A stretch of 64,000 nucleotides of DNA from the human T2T-CHM13v2.0 reference genome, Homo sapiens. The DNA is taken from the NCBI RefSeq assembly GCF_009914755.1, contig NC_060927.1; one strand, given 5' to 3'. A program made the position numbers and the translations under genes. Shown here in pieces: positions 60,235 to 64,000 of this stretch; the first letter of the stretch is position 1, and the number at the start of each line of letters is the position of its first letter. The notes below the pieces were generated by a model. The model worked only from the letters and a program-made list of their open reading frames with translations. It was not told the DNA's origin and ran no database searches.

Positions 60235-61470
60235 ATTGTGTCTCCAAATTTAAGCTAGGTGAATTAATTCAAATTAGTGAACCACAATAGACATCTCTAG
60301 TACATTGCAATGAAAATTTTTGGTACTTAGAGGTAATCTTGTGATTAAAGTTGTGAGAAATAGAAAACACCTACCTGGTGAGAAAGACATTTTAAAAGGT
60401 AGTGCAGAAGCCTACAAAACCTAATAAATTTTTTCTCAGTTTTTCCTTACTTTTCTAAAAATATGTTTTAAAACATTCTATGAAGGATAAATGCACATTG
60501 GCTCACTGTGATTTAACCTATATAACATATTGCTATTCATGAGGTGAGTAGATCCTCCAACATGTTCCTTGGGGATGAATTTGTCCTTCCTTTTAATCTT
60601 TATGAAGTTAAGATTTGTTTAAACATACTATAAAGCAGGAATCATGATTTGTGCTGAACCCTAAACTCGTAGGATGTACTATCTAGGCAGTACTTTTGAA
60701 CTGTGATGGTTGAATATGATTTATATATTAAATTCATATTTATTTATATGTTTATATATTATATAGTTTATATATGTATTTTATATATAAATATTATATG
60801 TAATTATATATTAAATATATATAATTATATATAATATATAAGTATATAGTTTATACATAATATATTTTATATATAAATATTATATATAATTATATATTAA
60901 ATATATAATTAAATATATAAACAAATATATATAGTTTATATATGATATATAAACATATAAATAAATATGAATTTAATATATAAATCATATTCAACCATCA
61001 AAGTTCAAAAGTACTGCCTAGATAGTACAACCTACTAGTTTAGGGTTCACTACGAATCATGATTCCTGCTTTATAGTATGTTTAAACAAATCTTAACTTC
61101 ATAGAGATTAAAAGGAAGGACAAATTAATCCCCAAGGAACATGTTGGAGGGAACTACTCTCCTCTTCAATAGCAATATGTTATATAGGTTAAATCACAGT
61201 GAGCCAATGTGCATTTATCCTTCATAGAATGTTTTAAAACATATTTTTAGAAAAGTAAGGAAAAACTGAGAAAAAATTTATTAAGTTTTGTAGTCTTCTG
61301 CACTACCTTTTAAAATGTCTTTCTCACCAGGTAGGTGTTTTCTATTTCTCACAACTTTAATCACAAGATTACCTCTAAGTACCAAAAATTTTCAGTGCAA
61401 TGTACTAGAGATGTCTACTGTGGTTCATTAATTTCAATTAATTCACCTAGCTTAAATTTGGAGACACAAT
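60235..61470. repeat. Long AT-rich inverted repeat (arms ~60235-60765 and ~60939-61470)
   Basis: Manual comparison: about 19-20 differences over ~530 bp; ends attgtgtctccaaatttaagctagg / cctagcttaaatttggagacacaat. Confidence 0.98.
60761..60944. repeat. AT-rich minisatellite spacer, period ~84 bp
   Basis: atatagtttata at 60761, 60844 and 60929. Confidence 0.85.
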
Positions 61471-61789
61471 ATTTCTTGAGAGAATATAAACTTAAAAAAT
61501 TATAATATTCTCACTAATAATCATGAATCATTGTAAACATTGAATTCAACGTATACCTACCTGCATAGTAAAATCTTCTATAAATTCCAGAAATCATTTT
61601 TTAAAAAGGGATGAGAAGTAAAAAAATACCTCTATGTTTCATTTTAAAAATCTGAGGACACCTTTGAAATACATATTTAAGATAAAAATCCTATTCAAAC
61701 ATCAAAGTTCAAACTTACTGCCCAAATACCAAAATTTGGCCTACATTTGCAATTAGCCAAAAACTATAAATAACCAAAATACCATCATA

Positions 61790-62930
61790 TGGTAAATAGT
61801 TGAAATATTTTATATGTCAATACAATGAAAGAATACTCAGCAATGAAAGAAACAGACTACTTGTGTAAGTAAAAATACAAATCAATATAAAAAATTTGTA
61901 CCTCTAAAAGAAGCCAGCAAAATAGGGTACATATGGATGATTGCAATTAAGTCAATCTATAGAAAAACAAAATTAAATCTGTGGTGATAAAATACGAATC
62001 ACACATTGACTGGCACTGAGATTTGGGTATAGGCATTGACTGGGACAAGGCATGAGAAAACTTTTACAGATGGCTGAAATATTCAAAATTATTATCCTGA
62101 AAATATTACAATTCTTTACACAATTACATGAAGATATGCATTTTTCAAAAAATCTATGGCATTAAAAGTGTGTATTTTATTTCATGTATATTAAAAAGCT
62201 TGATTAAAAAAGCATAACATGCCACACACACACACACAAACATGCATCAAAATAGCTAAACTAAAAGGAAATTAAAATACAAAAAACGAGATTCTCACGG
62301 ATTGATGATAAAGGTAGAAATTAGTACATCAACTTTACACTGTTTGGATATATCTTATGAAGCTAAATATATGCGTACTCTCTGGCTCAATGTTTACACT
62401 CCCAAATATATAATCAACAGAAGGGAGATCATACATTCACCAAAATACATGGAAAAGAATGTTTATTGTACCACTAACTATATTCACCAAAATCTAGAAA
62501 CAAGCCAATTGCATGTCAACTGTGGAAAGAATAAATGCATCATGGTATATTCAATGAAATTTAGTACTATATAACAATTAGAATAAACAACCTGCCACTC
62601 TACTCCACAGCATGTATGTATATTATAAACTTAATGGTGCCTATTTTTAAAAAGACAGAAATAAAATAACAATATATATTCTACTTCATATAAAGCTCAA
62701 AAACTATTTTATAACAGGCTGAATAATTGTTACACACAGCAGGGTAATAATAACTGCAGGTGGGCACACAGGCAATTTTTGTATGTTGCTTCTGAGCTGA
62801 ATTTATACAGCTGAATACACTGAATGGAGTGTATTTGTCTTTGGATAATTCATAGAAATATACAATTACTAATTGTGCACTTTCTATATGTAGATTATAA
62901 TTTACAGTTCAATAAAATGTTTGCTAAAAC
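61790..62930 (+). mobile_element. Two ancient L1M(C/D/E) 3'-end fragments
   Basis: caatacaatgaaagaatactcagcaatgaaag; gaataaatgcatcatggtatattcaatgaa; tgtgcactttctatatgtag...caataaaa. Confidence 0.65.
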
Positions 62931-63874
62931 AAACTAGCAGTGCTTCACACATTCAAAGGGAGGTGAGACTAGTGTATATCACTGTTTTTTGAGAAACTTG
63001 TCTATCTTACTAAGTGAACCTTCTTGAAGTCTGTATTTCCAGAAGTATTTGAAGAAAACTTAATAAATTCATTCCAGAAAAGTGTTTCATAGCATATTTG
63101 GGAACATTCTGTGTTAAAGTACATTTGTTTATAGTCTGCAGAATTTTAATTAGTATCTAATAGTTAATATGCACTTAGATTTTAAATAGATAATGCATTT
63201 ATTATGGAAAATATTATTTTCTAGAGAATGCCTGGAAATATATATTATAAGCAGCTGCTGTAAAGCATTTTTCTATTGTCTGGGCTTAGTAGCCTGTATA
63301 AGCATAAACACCATAAATTCCATTCAGAATGTCTGTCACATTACTGTCCAAATAAGATGATATATTTTGCTTTATTGTTATGATTAGTGTTAAAAAATAG
63401 ATGATGTTATTTTAGATGAAAAAAATCTACTTTAGGGTTAAATACCAACTGTATCTAATAAGGTGTTTTTCAGCGAGTTTCAAGAATAGGCTTTCCCTAG
63501 TAACCAGTTCTTAAGATCACACAGAAGATGGCATACCTGGCAAAGGAAGGCCAGACATTCCTGTTCATAGTGAACAGCTATGATTAAAGTATTTCTCTTA
63601 AATAGAATTATGATGAATAAATAGAAGGGAATCTTTTATTCAGTTACAATGGAAATTTAATCTATAAGAATCTGGAAAATTATTATCTTTCAGAGTTGTT
63701 TGAATTATACTGATAAATGAAGTAAAATCATTTTTAATTGAAAAGATCTTTGAAAGCTAGAAATGAAACCAATTTGTTAACCATTATTTATACTAGTGTT
63801 TACCACAAACCAGTACATTCTACCTTTAAAAGTGAATAGTGCATCACCATTTAAACAATTTTTTAAAAAATAAA

Positions 63875-64000
63875 CAGAGATGGGGTTCTCTGTTGATCAG
63901 GCCAGAGCACAATCATTGTCTGCTGCAGCCTTGAACCCCTGGGCTCAAGTGAGCCTCCCATATTAGTTTCTCAAGTAGCTGGGACAACAGGCATATACCA
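63875..64000 (-). mobile_element. AluJ-like fragment running off window end
   Basis: gcagccttgaacccctgggctcaagtga...gtagctgggaca. Confidence 0.8.

Overview
AT-rich primate (probably human) genomic DNA that looks intergenic or deep-intronic. No cellular protein-coding exon, RNA gene or CRISPR-like array can be supported. The ORFs with recognisable similarity are decayed L1, Alu or LTR sequence, and the rest look like chance frames. Roughly half the window is transposable elements, often nested. These include two near-full-length L1s (616-9369 minus; 53918-60158 plus), each interrupted by another L1, and two 5'-inverted (twin-primed) L1PA insertions with clear TSDs. There is also a complete THE1 provirus, solo LTRs (THE1/MST, MER4-like, LTR14-like, MLT), eight Alus and three MADE1 copies. 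The most striking non-TE structure is a ~1.24 kb AT-rich palindrome at 60235-61470, with ~530 bp arms about 96% identical and a ~175 bp AT-rich tandem spacer. It sits where the large L1 is abruptly cut off at its 3' end, and the arm differences are unusually transversion-rich. Several smaller templated-duplication scars are also present. Repeat subfamily names come from recalled consensus sequences and need RepeatMasker/Dfam confirmation. I found rearrangement structures, not a demonstrable new gene system.
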